Source: a virus | Taxonomy: Duplodnaviria > Caudoviricetes | Direction: 5' to 3' (one strand) | IMG/VR virus record: IMGVR_UViG_3300030104_002039 | Coordinates: 1 to 51,364 of that record | Length of the DNA: 51,364 nucleotides | Shown here: piece after piece, positions 18,701 through 27,894 of the stretch | Position numbering within the stretch: the first letter of the stretch is position 1 | Layout of the letters: each line of letters starts with the position of its first letter | Position numbers and translations under genes: made by a program | Notes under the pieces: model-generated | What the model saw: the letters and a program-made list of their open reading frames with translations, nothing else | Databases searched by the model: none | What the model was told of the DNA's origin: nothing

Positions 18701-21700
18701 ACCATCTAAATCTTCATCTTTAAGCATATCTATAATAGCATTGTTCTGCTTAGTAGTCATAACAATTGCTTTGTCTGTTTTAGCCATTGTTAAAGCTCCT
18801 ATTTGTCTATGGATATCGTTTTCTTTTTTTATATCTCTATTTTTTCTTTTTTTACCGTCTTTTGTTTTAGCATTGTCAAATCCACCTGGGCCATATGTCA
18901 TTTCATCAACAAACTGTTCGTTTTCAGGTCTAGTTCTACTTACGGCAACCTGACTATTACCCATTAATCGTTTAAACTCATTATGAACAGCAATAGCCTG
19001 CTCTTTAGGATCAGCGTTTTTTAGATTAGGATTTTTATCTTTTAAACTATTTAACATTATATCAGCATCTTCACCATAAACATCTTTAATTATAGTCATG
19101 TAGTCTTTGCCGCTGTCTAAAATAGATTTTTTAGTTTCTAATGCAGAGTTATAATCTTTCATAAACTTTTTTCTCTTCTCTGGATTTAATCCCTCTGCAT
19201 AATCTTTTAAAAGCTTTTCCTTTTTTTTACTGTCCATAGTAGGGTCAATTCCAGCTTTTGTCAGTAGCTCTTCTTCAAGTTTTCCTGCTATAAGAAGTTG
19301 TTGAAGTTTTTTACCACTTAAACCCATTGCTTTTAGCTCAACCTCACTGTTCACATTAGTTATACTAGAGTTGATTTCACCTAATTGACTTGCTAAAAGT
19401 TTTCTTCTTGCAGGATCTTTCTCATCACGCAGTTCGGCCTTTTTTAACTTGTGTTGTTTAGTTAATTCTTTAAGATATTTTCTTATTGGAGCATTAGCTA
19501 CTTGATTAGTTACTGTAGAGTAAAAAGCACCTGTTCCGTTCATTGGTCCAGCTACTATTGCCGCATTAACAACAACTTCATCCCAATTGCTCATATCAAA
19601 GTCTTTACCAAGAAACGCGACATTACTAAGAGCTTCACCACCATATATAACATATTCCTCAAGTGACTCTAAAGTCATGCCCCCTACAGTAGTAAGAGGC
19701 ATGTTGTAAAGAAAAGCCTTAGTATTACCTCTAGTAACTCTCTCTGCTGTTCTTGCTACTAAATCTTTTCCCCCTATTTGTCTAGCATATTTAACAGATG
19801 GAAGACCACCTATATACCTAACGGCCAAACCTTCAACTATCATAGCGCTAGCTATAGAGGCAGTTTTTTGATACCACTCATAGTCATTTTCTTCTATAGC
19901 CATATCTAGCTCAAGCATTAGATCTTTATACTTTTCTTCTGGTATACCTCCTTTTTGATATGCAGCCGTTAGTTCTTCTTTCGTTTTTTTCCACTCTTCA
20001 ACGTTTTCACTAGCGTTCCATAATTGAATTCTTTTACCACCACCAGCTGGAAGAGCAAATATAGCGCCTTGAGACCACAATACTGTTTTAGCGCTAAGAT
20101 TAAGAGCTGTACCTGTCCCTGCCGTAGCTAAACTAGTAAATACCATAGCATTGTTTTCTGCAAAAGCTTGTTTTGCGTACTCCCATTTTTTACCATGCTC
20201 AATAGCTTGTTTATAAGTTAATTGTGGAAATGATTTTAAATAATCTTGCTCTTCTTGATTGTAAGCTTCTTTAGCACTTTCGCTACCAAAAAGAGCTCCT
20301 ATTTCATAAATTGATTGGCTCCAACTTTTGCCCCAAGCATAATCCTCTTTAGCTTCTGGGTCATAGCTCATATCTAATACTTGTCCTCTATTTCTAAGTA
20401 ATTCTGCTTTTTCTAGGTTTTTATCTCTTATAGTTTTGTACTCTATAAAAGCGGCTTCATATTTATCATAAAGTGTTTCGGCCTCATATTGCCATTTACC
20501 TATTTTTCCAGCGTATTCATATAAAAGTTTTTCTTTTTTAGGATCTATAGATTGTCCTACGTTTGGGTTTTTGTAACTTACTTCCCACACATTGTTAACT
20601 AATTTTAAGTCAAAATCTTCTGCAATAGCGCCGCCAAATATTTCATCTCTTTCCTTGATCTTTAAATTATAATCTTTTAAATATATCTCATTAATAGCTT
20701 TGACATTTTCTTCGTTAGCTCTATCGTTTTCTTTTAACTCCATTACATCTAAAAAATCAACTGTAGCTATTGTGTTTTGAACACTCCTATCTTCAAATTG
20801 AAGTATTTCAGACATGGCTTTTGCACCAACCTTACTCTCAATTCCGGCTTTCTTTATAGTGGCTCTTCTTTTCGTATTTAACGTTTCGTATTGCTCAGGT
20901 GTTATATTACCTTCTAAAGCATACTTAAGCATAAAATCAGTCAAATTAAGACCTTGAACAGTTTCTCCTGAAATAGTACCCACAGCTTTTCTACCGGATA
21001 TATTGTAATTTCTATCTCCTGAAAAAACATAACCCTGAGGGTCTTTACCCGCAAAACCTACGTTATAACTACCATCTCCACTAGCAGCGCCTCTAAAAAT
21101 AACTTCCCCATCTTTTTCAACTACATAATAATTATATGTATCTCCCATTATCATATTTGTGAGTTGTGCCGCATATTTACCTGGCGCTGGACGGTTTCCC
21201 TTTCTTATTGTCAACCCTATATTCTTGTATAACTCTGCTGTTTTATCTACATCTAATAACTCATTATAATCATCAATATCATTACTTTCAAATTTATTAG
21301 CTTTAAAATCAAGGGCTACAGCATGTGCTTGTGGATTTTCTACTTCTGATTTCCTGTAGTCTAATATTTTTTGAATAACTTCTTGCGCTTCTCTTGGATC
21401 ACCACCTATACCAAAAGTACCAGCTTGAAGATTTATTTTAAAATTACCTTCATTAGGAATATGAACCTGTATAGCTTCACCAAGTCCTGTTTGTTCAAAT
21501 CTAATTCCAGTTTGTTGTTCTATATTACCACCAACATCTACTCCAAATAAAGTTTGCATCCACTCGTTTTTAAAGTTTTCTTCAGTCATGTCAGCAACTT
21601 CTTTTGTATTTGTTGTTGCTCCATTAAAGTAATATTCCTTATCTTCTTTACTCATAGGGGTTTTTAAGCCATCTTGCTTTGATATCCAAGTTTTTAAATC

Positions 21701-22351
21701 TTTCCAATTCCTTTGCGCTTCTGGTTTGTCTACGTTAACTTCTAGCGTGTAAAAATTATCTGGATCAACCTCTCCGTTTGGATTGTTAGGTGCAAAAACT
21801 TTTATATAACCATCACCTTCCCATGTACCATCATCAGTAGTAATACCATAATCTCCAAAATACGTTTCAATATTAATCATAGATGTCATCTCGTTTTGAG
21901 ATACTTGCCATCCATCTGTGAATTTATCTTTGTTTAAAATTTCTGATCTAAGAGCCTTATCTCTTTCTGTTTCTTGAAAGTTAACTTTTTCTTCTTCAAA
22001 ATCAAATAGTTTATCAGTTCTTTGTGTTTGCCAAGCTTCTTCATCGAAAGCATCACCCTGAGACTGCCTAAGCTCTTCTTCTTCTCTATCTAACTCAGCT
22101 GTAAATGTTTCTGTAGTATAACCAAGTTCCGCGTGAGATTGTTGCTCTTTACCTAAAAGCTCGTTAAAATAGTTTATTTGCTCAATACCAGGGCCCGATC
22201 CTGTAAACTCTTTATAAGCAACATCAATAGCAGTATCAAAATCTTTTGATAATAAATATTTTACATTACTTTCTAAACTTTCGTTAGAAATATCTGGTGC
22301 AAATTCAGAAAAAAATGCTCTATAAATCTTATCTTTTATTATGTCAGACAT
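12788..22351 (-). CDS. Giant polyvalent virion (ejection/cargo) protein: zincin, sigma70-r2-like, PD-(D/E)xK, HAD and C-terminal helical domain
   Basis: HEFSH (18368-18382); IAAKY...KNFNPEENDSLFGYL; IPDVHF...LEIK; VLDFDDTL/LTAR/FADD. Sits at the end of the ejection-protein operon. Confidence 0.8.
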   Translation of the reverse strand: MSDIIKDKIYRAFFSEFAPDISNESLESNVKYLLSKDFDTAIDVAYKEFTGSGPGIEQINYFNELLGKEQQSHAELGYTTETFTAELDREEEELRQSQGDAFDEEAWQTQRTDKLFDFEEEKVNFQETERDKALRSEILNKDKFTDGWQVSQNEMTSMINIETYFGDYGITTDDGTWEGDGYIKVFAPNNPNGEVDPDNFYTLEVNVDKPEAQRNWKDLKTWISKQDGLKTPMSKEDKEYYFNGATTNTKEVADMTEENFKNEWMQTLFGVDVGGNIEQQTGIRFEQTGLGEAIQVHIPNEGNFKINLQAGTFGIGGDPREAQEVIQKILDYRKSEVENPQAHAVALDFKANKFESNDIDDYNELLDVDKTAELYKNIGLTIRKGNRPAPGKYAAQLTNMIMGDTYNYYVVEKDGEVIFRGAASGDGSYNVGFAGKDPQGYVFSGDRNYNISGRKAVGTISGETVQGLNLTDFMLKYALEGNITPEQYETLNTKRRATIKKAGIESKVGAKAMSEILQFEDRSVQNTIATVDFLDVMELKENDRANEENVKAINEIYLKDYNLKIKERDEIFGGAIAEDFDLKLVNNVWEVSYKNPNVGQSIDPKKEKLLYEYAGKIGKWQYEAETLYDKYEAAFIEYKTIRDKNLEKAELLRNRGQVLDMSYDPEAKEDYAWGKSWSQSIYEIGALFGSESAKEAYNQEEQDYLKSFPQLTYKQAIEHGKKWEYAKQAFAENNAMVFTSLATAGTGTALNLSAKTVLWSQGAIFALPAGGGKRIQLWNASENVEEWKKTKEELTAAYQKGGIPEEKYKDLMLELDMAIEENDYEWYQKTASIASAMIVEGLAVRYIGGLPSVKYARQIGGKDLVARTAERVTRGNTKAFLYNMPLTTVGGMTLESLEEYVIYGGEALSNVAFLGKDFDMSNWDEVVVNAAIVAGPMNGTGAFYSTVTNQVANAPIRKYLKELTKQHKLKKAELRDEKDPARRKLLASQLGEINSSITNVNSEVELKAMGLSGKKLQQLLIAGKLEEELLTKAGIDPTMDSKKKEKLLKDYAEGLNPEKRKKFMKDYNSALETKKSILDSGKDYMTIIKDVYGEDADIMLNSLKDKNPNLKNADPKEQAIAVHNEFKRLMGNSQVAVSRTRPENEQFVDEMTYGPGGFDNAKTKDGKKRKNRDIKKENDIHRQIGALTMAKTDKAIVMTTKQNNAIIDMLKDEDLDGISYKSAKNNTELKKAIKEAYEDSLQRDIDEINSRDISKEQKKIEIDKAKEINKRNINDMFVSVASGATNAFIRGNHGAKGTYIVRSETAARKQLEAGNILPATAIAHEFSHALDFKAFDEAGLFDYNKKLHNYIKNNFKKIHDEAIRRQSNIGNYRLNNDGTPEYSSKYVEDYVVNDILKKGTINEKTGKKYTEKEARAETKEQFAKRFFDEYTRSVQEIFQMVPAGDTRYASKDDLKSITGLSQSWANVLSQDYKIKTDKDAAVYMGSFLKSFQESPGKTKAPKLAKRRIKARKKKGLTGEEDFVTKRSMTSKQKADIKNQIDKLGKVDQDGNNLREKGVGKFLYQAEVDSIIKQIKEKGYLDNLIAAKYKADKVPVNFVSDVMSELTKDIKNFNPEENDSLFGYLQGRITFRAGDVYNKIYKKTEQEKRAKDVDDRTKEGDVKVQVAAEEDSRMKEFEEKDISPAARAREKAQKEQDKVQRESDFRKELGIETGDQMYNKVLDAARQALLKAYETGTSARNIQRKLRDQANSYIFKEIKNLLGTKQYTSNLKKFRVPIMNSLFVSDLVQLERNVPDDQKIFTKFVKKLTNIEDVEAAVNQNLLPESALVTIGKGQAVNLYTKRIPTEAEFLSYFDIPSFNPVTGQRSGKRGTRKDTLARNIAGALAYDAILQVAQEPDVVQKRQEIAELNNVEILQNDLDNLARTIQRDPNVKFSEGRKDIKVTYKNRSIKIVGDKVYVDFSGAQKVLNDLWNYNNEFNDQGKINYYRNLSEKDANKYGGKFIVDVTVDAYVNRGMERVDNKTIVKFIKNKLKGRKKLKVSTIYEQFFIELAENAVKKLKVKGIKTVVVNPYVREGGIPDVHFTTTNGVSMGLEIKMDSARAVSVTWKWEGPTTNPNPTNTTAQNNLKKKILETMNDPRFIGMDFKKGVDASQRKDLMIHKNMFIHSESVTAAYLEYHYTNKAIPEYFINIGEAGAYYMLGSNPNVNAMVVRIANELGIPRLGEDTNGDITGTFELISRMNVGSKPRSTKGNTYATTIRIEPIIDSKSKTNFPTKSSFNLANKANMDAFVSKINKSLLNSTEIGMTMDMATKQSRNPKAKTKGITVLDFDDTLATTKSRIRFTRPDGTKGKLNAEEYARTYEDLLGQGYEFDFSEFTKVVKGKTAPLFNKALKLQSKFGNKDMFVLTARPEESALAIHTFLKANGLNIPLKNITGLANSTAEAKALWMAEKVGEGYNDFYFADDALQNVQAVANMLEQFDVKSKVQQAKTKFSKGMSKNFNDILERVTGIDSEKQFDNVEAKLAGRKTKYKSIIPASAQDFMGLLYNFLGKGKEGENDLAFFKKALVDPFARGVDELNSSRQAKANDLKNLFKQSPKIKKKLKKKITGTDFTYDQAVRVYLWNKAGFDIPGLSKKNIETLDGIIKNDTELQSFAETISLISKKKEGYTKPGEYWFVENINSDLLSEQSVDTGRAEVLQEWQANVDVIFSKENLNKIEAIYGSKFREALEDVIYRMKNGRNRPTGNSRIMNEYMNWVNGSVGAIMFFNMRSAILQTISATNYINWSDNNPLKAGMAFANQKQFWSDFTMLFNSDFLKQRRSGNKRGINEAELSQAVKGVGAYEQSKAVIRWLLKKGFLPTQIADSFAIASGGASFYRNRVNSYVKQGMSKADAELKAFLDFQEATEVSQQSARPDMISQQQASPLGRLILSFQNTPMQYARIMNKAARDITNRRGDYKTHMSKIIYYGVIQSIIFGAMQSALFAVIGDEDEEEYDKKKERIINGMVDSWLAGIGYGGKAIGAAKNTVREYQKQRDKGWNADQTYTLLQAIGFSPPIGSKLRKIYSSIQTEKYNREVMKERGFTLDNPTWSAIGNVVEGVTNLPLGRISNKMLNIDNVLDSNNETWQRIALLLGWNTWDLGIKDQDLLQTKEEIKRRKKKLKEQEKENKKKDKEKQSKKDSKKKRVIIQR

Positions 22352-22379
22352 GTATTATATATTATATTTACTAATTAAC

Positions 22380-24551
22380 TTAATTTCTCTTTAGTTTTGT
22401 TGGATCAACTTCAACTTCTTTCGCTTCCTTTTGCTTCTTAGTTATCTCTCGCAGGTTCCATTCGCCATAAGCCTTCATTTGCCCGTTCATCCATTTTGTC
22501 ATTTCTTCAATAAAATTATGTACTGACACGTCATTAACGTTAAATGTTTTGGATTTATCACCCATCCCCATAGTGCCTTTCCATTGTACTTTTACTCGAT
22601 TCTTACCCTCTCCTCCAGGATTTTCAAAATTAAAATAATCTGAAGCTTCTGCAAACTTTTTAGCTATATACACATCATCATAAGCCTTACCAGCCCCGAA
22701 TAAATCAGTAAACCAATCGTCACCAGCTAATAAATCATCATGTAAATTTTTAAACGTTTGAGGGTCATAATAGTTACCACCTAACATAGCATCTAAATCT
22801 TTATTTGCTTTATTTCCGCTATCACTATGGTCTAACGTGCCCTCCGCATCAGGTCTTCCTAATCTTATTTTTATACCCGTCTTACCACCTTGTTTTACTT
22901 TTTGAGATGATGTTACAAACTGACTTCCGTCCCAATCATTCATGTATTGAGTCCATTGTAATGCTGCTGATCTACTGTAGTTTTCACCATAAATATTAGC
23001 TAACAAACTATCTAAATTAGGTATTATTATATCGTCTTCTCCTTTTGCTCTATAGACATATGTGTTTTTTGATTTATCAAAAACGTAATTACCACCACCA
23101 TCTGCAGGAACTGATTCACCAGAACTAATTCTTCTCATAATAGTTGTTATTGCATTGTTTGATATTTTACCTCCACCTTCGTCTTTTGGAATCATATATG
23201 TTGAACCACTAGCTGGTGGTAGTTTTATTGGTGGTGGCGGTGGAGGTCCACCTTTTCCTCCTTTTCCTACTTTTTTCCTACTGTATTGCCACATTTTTTC
23301 ACCAACACCTTTAGCATAATCTAAAAATAAAGAACGCGTTGTTTCTGCGTTGTAATTTTTATTTGTTTTATCTAGTACAGCCTGCCTTACTATTTTAAAA
23401 TTTTGTTCTTTAGCTTTTTCATTTCCAATACCTACAAAATCATCTTTATCTACATCACCATCATCATCAGTGTCTACAATACCTATTTCCCTAAGTTTTG
23501 CCTCGCCAATAGTAGCATACATTTCTGCAGATGTAACACTAGGATTACTTAAATCATCAACAAAACTAGTTGCGTTGTCTCCAAGACCTTTATGCATGAG
23601 TGAGTGTAAATTATCTTCGCTTTCTACGTAAGGCGCTAATTTGTTAGCTAATATATTACCAGCGTATGTTTCTGTTCTAGATACCATTTCATCTCTAAAT
23701 ATTTTTGTAACAGCGTTTTCATCTTCTTTACTAATTGATTTGTTAAGCATACCACCCATGTTATCAACTGGTATTGAATAAGCTTTATCACCATCTGTTG
23801 TTAACTCACCATCTAAATCCATACCTGTTACAAAATTACCTTGTGCATCTTGTAGTTTAAAAACTAGTTTATCATTATTGTCTTTTCCTAAAACAGATTT
23901 ATAACCCTTATAAGGACCATCTTGTATTATTCCAGATTTTGTTTTATAAGCTGTTAAAGCTTTTTTTGCTACAAGATTTAGTTTTCCTGTAGCTTTTAAA
24001 TCAACCGTACCATTTTTTAAAGCATCATTATTAAAGTTTTCTGCGTTATCAATAACCGCAAGTTGTGATAATAATTGATCTTTTTCTTGTTGAAGCGCAT
24101 ATTTCTTTTTTTTATCTTCAGCCGTAAGAGCAATGCCAAAAGGTCCAGTTTGATATATTTCTTTTCTTATACGTCTTAACTCATCTCCAATAGTTGTAGA
24201 TTCAAATAGTTCTTTAGGATCATCAGCTTTATCAGTAGTAATTAAACTACCAGGCTCTCCTGATTGTTCTTCCGTTAAAGGTCCAGTAATTTTTCTATTA
24301 AATGCGTAAAAATCACCCTTTGTTGCATTTTGATCATAGGCAATAGCATCTTGAACAACTGATTTACCTAGTGTAACAGTTTCTTTAGCAATCTCGCCAT
24401 AGGCTTTGCCAATGTTTTGCATCATTGTATCATAACCTCTTGCCACACTTTCAAAAGTCCTGCTAAGATCTTTAGGTACATTAGCCATAGCCGCTTTAGT
24501 AGCAGCGGCTACCAAAGTTGCATCAGCACCTGGATTTAATTTACTTGCCAT
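22380..24551 (-). CDS. Putative internal virion/ejection protein with an EF-hand-like loop and Pro-rich linker
   Basis: Helical N-terminus; DTDDDGDVDKDD; GKGGKGGPPPPPP; lies between the pilot and giant proteins. Confidence 0.6.
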   Translation of the reverse strand: MASKLNPGADATLVAAATKAAMANVPKDLSRTFESVARGYDTMMQNIGKAYGEIAKETVTLGKSVVQDAIAYDQNATKGDFYAFNRKITGPLTEEQSGEPGSLITTDKADDPKELFESTTIGDELRRIRKEIYQTGPFGIALTAEDKKKKYALQQEKDQLLSQLAVIDNAENFNNDALKNGTVDLKATGKLNLVAKKALTAYKTKSGIIQDGPYKGYKSVLGKDNNDKLVFKLQDAQGNFVTGMDLDGELTTDGDKAYSIPVDNMGGMLNKSISKEDENAVTKIFRDEMVSRTETYAGNILANKLAPYVESEDNLHSLMHKGLGDNATSFVDDLSNPSVTSAEMYATIGEAKLREIGIVDTDDDGDVDKDDFVGIGNEKAKEQNFKIVRQAVLDKTNKNYNAETTRSLFLDYAKGVGEKMWQYSRKKVGKGGKGGPPPPPPIKLPPASGSTYMIPKDEGGGKISNNAITTIMRRISSGESVPADGGGNYVFDKSKNTYVYRAKGEDDIIIPNLDSLLANIYGENYSRSAALQWTQYMNDWDGSQFVTSSQKVKQGGKTGIKIRLGRPDAEGTLDHSDSGNKANKDLDAMLGGNYYDPQTFKNLHDDLLAGDDWFTDLFGAGKAYDDVYIAKKFAEASDYFNFENPGGEGKNRVKVQWKGTMGMGDKSKTFNVNDVSVHNFIEEMTKWMNGQMKAYGEWNLREITKKQKEAKEVEVDPTKLKRN

Positions 24552-24553
24552 AT

Positions 24554-25399
24554 CTATATTTGTTTAAATTCTACGTCTAACTTACTATAGTCAACCATGT
24601 CATAACCATCTTTTGTTTTAACTGCCGTTTGCGGTATTTCGTCGGACATTACACCTTGGAATTCACCTGAACCATATTTAGAATTTTTAAACTCAAAACT
24701 ATATATGTTTAACCCACTAGGTGATTCACCTATTTTATTTATATTTTTCTTCAATCTTCTATCTGACGCTGCATTTATTGCAGAGCTTGTTATTTGAGCA
24801 GCCGCACCAACTTGAGAACTTAACATGTTTGCTCTCATGCCAAAGCCTGACATTTGATTGGCATAGGCGGCTTGCACACCAGCGTTAGCTCCAGCCATAC
24901 CACCATAAGCTATTCCTAGCAAAGTAGATTGTCTACCCATTTCAGCTGATTGAACCATAGCAGCACCACCTCTTTGTGTCATATCTATTTGCCCAGCCAT
25001 TTGTGCTTGAGCCATAGCGTTTTGTCTTTCTTGTGCACCTATATTAGCAGCTATTTGCTGTGTTTGTAATTGTCCTTGCATAGCCATAGACTGTGCTAAA
25101 CTAGCTATACCACTACCACCTGCAGCGCCACGAAGAGCTTGTAATATATTAGCTCTTTGTTGTTCTCCTTGTTGTCTTTGAAAATCAGCTGCCCTCATAT
25201 CAACTGTCATATCTTCCATGACGTTTTCCATGTTAGCATAAGGGTTTTTAAACTCAAACTCTCTATATCGATCTTTTTGTTCTTCTAACAACTTTCTTTG
25301 AACAACCTGCTCATCATTATATCTTTCAAGTTGTTTTTCAGTAGCTTCAAACATTTCTGAACTTAGCTCTGCTTGTTTATTTTTAGCGCTTCTTCCCAT
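24554..25399 (-). CDS. Putative DNA-pilot/ejection protein with a C-terminal peptidase S74 (intramolecular chaperone) domain
   Basis: Q/A/G/M-rich helical body; SDRRLKKNI...GLNIYSF...GVMSDE...VDYSKL. Confidence 0.75.
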   Translation of the reverse strand: MGRSAKNKQAELSSEMFEATEKQLERYNDEQVVQRKLLEEQKDRYREFEFKNPYANMENVMEDMTVDMRAADFQRQQGEQQRANILQALRGAAGGSGIASLAQSMAMQGQLQTQQIAANIGAQERQNAMAQAQMAGQIDMTQRGGAAMVQSAEMGRQSTLLGIAYGGMAGANAGVQAAYANQMSGFGMRANMLSSQVGAAAQITSSAINAASDRRLKKNINKIGESPSGLNIYSFEFKNSKYGSGEFQGVMSDEIPQTAVKTKDGYDMVDYSKLDVEFKQI

Positions 25400-25847
25400 A
25401 GTTTTTATCTATTTTTTTTAAGTTATTTTCTATATACTTAAATGCTTCATATTTAGATGGTGACATGTCCCAACCTAATTCTTTGTGTATATCTGAAACA
25501 TGTACATCGTTGCAAACAGTAAATATTTGTAATATACCATATTTTTCTGCTTCTTTTTCAACACCTTGTATTAACAAGTGCATTAAATCTCTTCTATCAT
25601 TTTCCCTGTATTTAGGGTTTGAAACCAAATAAGTCGTCCAAGCAACTGCTGGTATTTCTGTTAAAAACAAAAATGTAGCAGCAACTGGAGTATTGTTTTT
25701 TTCTATTATAAAACATCTTTCATTTTTTGGTAAAAAACCCCTTCTAATTGGTTCTGCTTTAAACTTTCCCCACCACCATCTCCACCATTCACAACAAGTT
25801 TCATAATCTCCTTCTGTAAAAGATCTAAAGTTTATATTATTATTCAT
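25383..25847 (-). CDS. GNAT-like acetyltransferase-fold protein
   Basis: CFIIEKNNTPVAA...YLVSNPKYR...LLIQGVEKEA...HKELGW follows GNAT topology. Position resembles T7 gp13-like genes ahead of ejection genes. Confidence 0.65.
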   Translation of the reverse strand: MNNNINFRSFTEGDYETCCEWWRWWWGKFKAEPIRRGFLPKNERCFIIEKNNTPVAATFLFLTEIPAVAWTTYLVSNPKYRENDRRDLMHLLIQGVEKEAEKYGILQIFTVCNDVHVSDIHKELGWDMSPSKYEAFKYIENNLKKIDKNYGKKR

Positions 25848-25870
25848 TTAATTTAATTTAAGTGTACTCT

Positions 25871-25886
25871 TATAATCACACTTTTT
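25871..25886 (-). promoter_or_regulatory. Candidate phage late promoter (A-tract + GTGTGATTATA)
   Basis: The minus strand reads AAAAAGTGTGATTATA in the intergenic gap heading the ejection operon. Confidence 0.45.
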
Positions 25887-25901
25887 CGCTTTTTTTTACT
25901 T

Positions 25902-27884
25902 TTATGAAGCCTCGTTAGAAGCAACCATAAACTTTTCTAAATCAAAATTTAAAGTTAAAGCAGCTATACCAGTCTTAATAATTTTAACATTACCAGTTAT
26001 AGTTGCTAACTCTCCACTACCGGTAAAAGTTAATCTTGTTCCACTTTCTAAAATTTGAGCTGCGCTTAAAACAATAGAAGCGGTTGTTCCAGAATAACTA
26101 TTAATAGTGGTTACAGTTGGATCTGCAACGCTAGAATCTATACCAATCCCACTAACAACACTAACACCTTCAACTATACCATCGCCGCTAGCTATAGGCA
26201 CAGTAGTACTTGAGTGCACAGCGGCTGTTGTGGTTGTTGTTACGTCTGTTAACTCTACTTTTAAGTCAGTAATATCTACATCCCAACCTGTTAATGTTTT
26301 TATTTGGTCTCTACCATAAGCTCTTATTGTTATACTTGATGATTCTGCGTCAAGTGGTTGTTGTTGATTAAAAGAAATATCCCCAACTCTAGTAGTTGTA
26401 ACTAGTTTTGTTGTAGCATTTCTTGTTATAGTTGGTTTAACATATGATTCAATTGCTCTTTTTTCTTTTAATATTTTTTCAGAAGCATAAGAAGTGCCTT
26501 CGTTTTCAATCGCAGTGGTTGAATAACGCTTAATAGTAGTTGCATCATCAATTCTAGCTCCTGTTACCGTCATGCCATCAGCTAAACCATCTATATTGTC
26601 TATACCAAAGCTGTAGTTTCTTTTATTAGCAAAAGTTAAAGGTTGATCATCTCTAAATTGAATAGCTTGTGACATTGTAAAATCAGTGGCTGTACCGCTA
26701 GTTTCCACAACGCCTACAGTTGTTAAACTTCTATTAACTTTAGAACTAAAAGTTAAAGTTACACCATCGCTTATTACAACTGAATCTGATAAAGCAAATA
26801 TATTAGTATCTACTAATGTTGCCACTGTAATTGTCCTCGCATCAAGAGCCACAGTACCTGTAACTCTATCTCCAACGGCCATTTTTGTGGCTACAGCCGC
26901 GTTCATTCTCACGTTTACACCACTAGAAACAGCACCGTTTACCGTATCAGTAGTTACAGGTGAAGTTATTTTATCTCCAGGTTTAATAACAGCTGATAAA
27001 TCAGTGTTATCCATCCTAACTACAACTCCACTAGTTATAGCGCCATTTACATCATCACCCGTGAAAGCAGTTGTAGCTGTTGGGTATAAGTTTTCTCCAT
27101 CTATATCAGCGTGTTCCCCTAAAGTTCTTGTTACAGAGGCAAAGACATGTTTAGCTGTTGGCTGACTTTTTATTTGAAATGCCTTTGTAGAGGCTGATGT
27201 TGCTGTTATACTAAAAGGCAGCTTAGATGTAACTTTATCATATTGAGTTGTTATAACTTGAGTTGTGACAGACATACTATCAAAATCATTACTACTTGTT
27301 GGGGATATAGGTGTAATTGTTAAATCTACATTTGCTTTTTGATATAATACTTTTTTTATCAATAAAGAGTCAGATCCAGTAGTTTTGTTTATATCAATAC
27401 TATTATCCGCAAATCTAACTTCTTTATATTCTGCGTGCTTTGTACCTACTTCTGCAAATAAAAACACGTCGTATTGATCAGCGTCGCCTACCAACGGAAA
27501 AACTATATTGTTACTATAAAAACCCCCCTCTACAGTGATATTATTAAGTCTATATTGAGTTGCTTGAAACAATCTAGTGTTAAAGTTGTAGTAATAATTA
27601 TCTTCATTAGTAATAAACATACTAAACTTAGCTCCTGGCGTGGCCTCTATAGTAAAACTTCTTTGTTCTCCTGAAATTTTTAAATCGCTAGTATCTAAAT
27701 CTAAACCTATTATAGTGTGTTCTGCTCCAAATTTTAAAGCATGCTCAGCGTCAGACATTAACTTACCATCAGGCATGTAGTGATAGCCTTCTGGCGCCAT
27801 TTTACCTTGTTGATTAGTTCTAGATCTACTAGTTGTTGATCTACTACTAGCCCCATAAGTTGTTTGTGAGTATCCGTTTGCCAT
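25902..27884 (-). CDS. Tail-associated structural protein with internal beta repeats
   Basis: T/V/S-rich; repeats DVNGAITSGVVVRMD / TVNGAVSSGVNVRMN and recurrent '(D/S)GxxLTF'. Confidence 0.6.
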   Translation of the reverse strand: MANGYSQTTYGASSRSTTSRSRTNQQGKMAPEGYHYMPDGKLMSDAEHALKFGAEHTIIGLDLDTSDLKISGEQRSFTIEATPGAKFSMFITNEDNYYYNFNTRLFQATQYRLNNITVEGGFYSNNIVFPLVGDADQYDVFLFAEVGTKHAEYKEVRFADNSIDINKTTGSDSLLIKKVLYQKANVDLTITPISPTSSNDFDSMSVTTQVITTQYDKVTSKLPFSITATSASTKAFQIKSQPTAKHVFASVTRTLGEHADIDGENLYPTATTAFTGDDVNGAITSGVVVRMDNTDLSAVIKPGDKITSPVTTDTVNGAVSSGVNVRMNAAVATKMAVGDRVTGTVALDARTITVATLVDTNIFALSDSVVISDGVTLTFSSKVNRSLTTVGVVETSGTATDFTMSQAIQFRDDQPLTFANKRNYSFGIDNIDGLADGMTVTGARIDDATTIKRYSTTAIENEGTSYASEKILKEKRAIESYVKPTITRNATTKLVTTTRVGDISFNQQQPLDAESSSITIRAYGRDQIKTLTGWDVDITDLKVELTDVTTTTTAAVHSSTTVPIASGDGIVEGVSVVSGIGIDSSVADPTVTTINSYSGTTASIVLSAAQILESGTRLTFTGSGELATITGNVKIIKTGIAALTLNFDLEKFMVASNEAS

Positions 27885-27894
27885 GTTTTATTAT

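Noticed and set aside
12788-24551. crAss-type virion RNA polymerase in the large proteins
   Set aside because: DFDDTL sits in a full HAD motif set and DGDVDK in an EF-hand-like loop; no double-psi beta-barrel context is recognisable.
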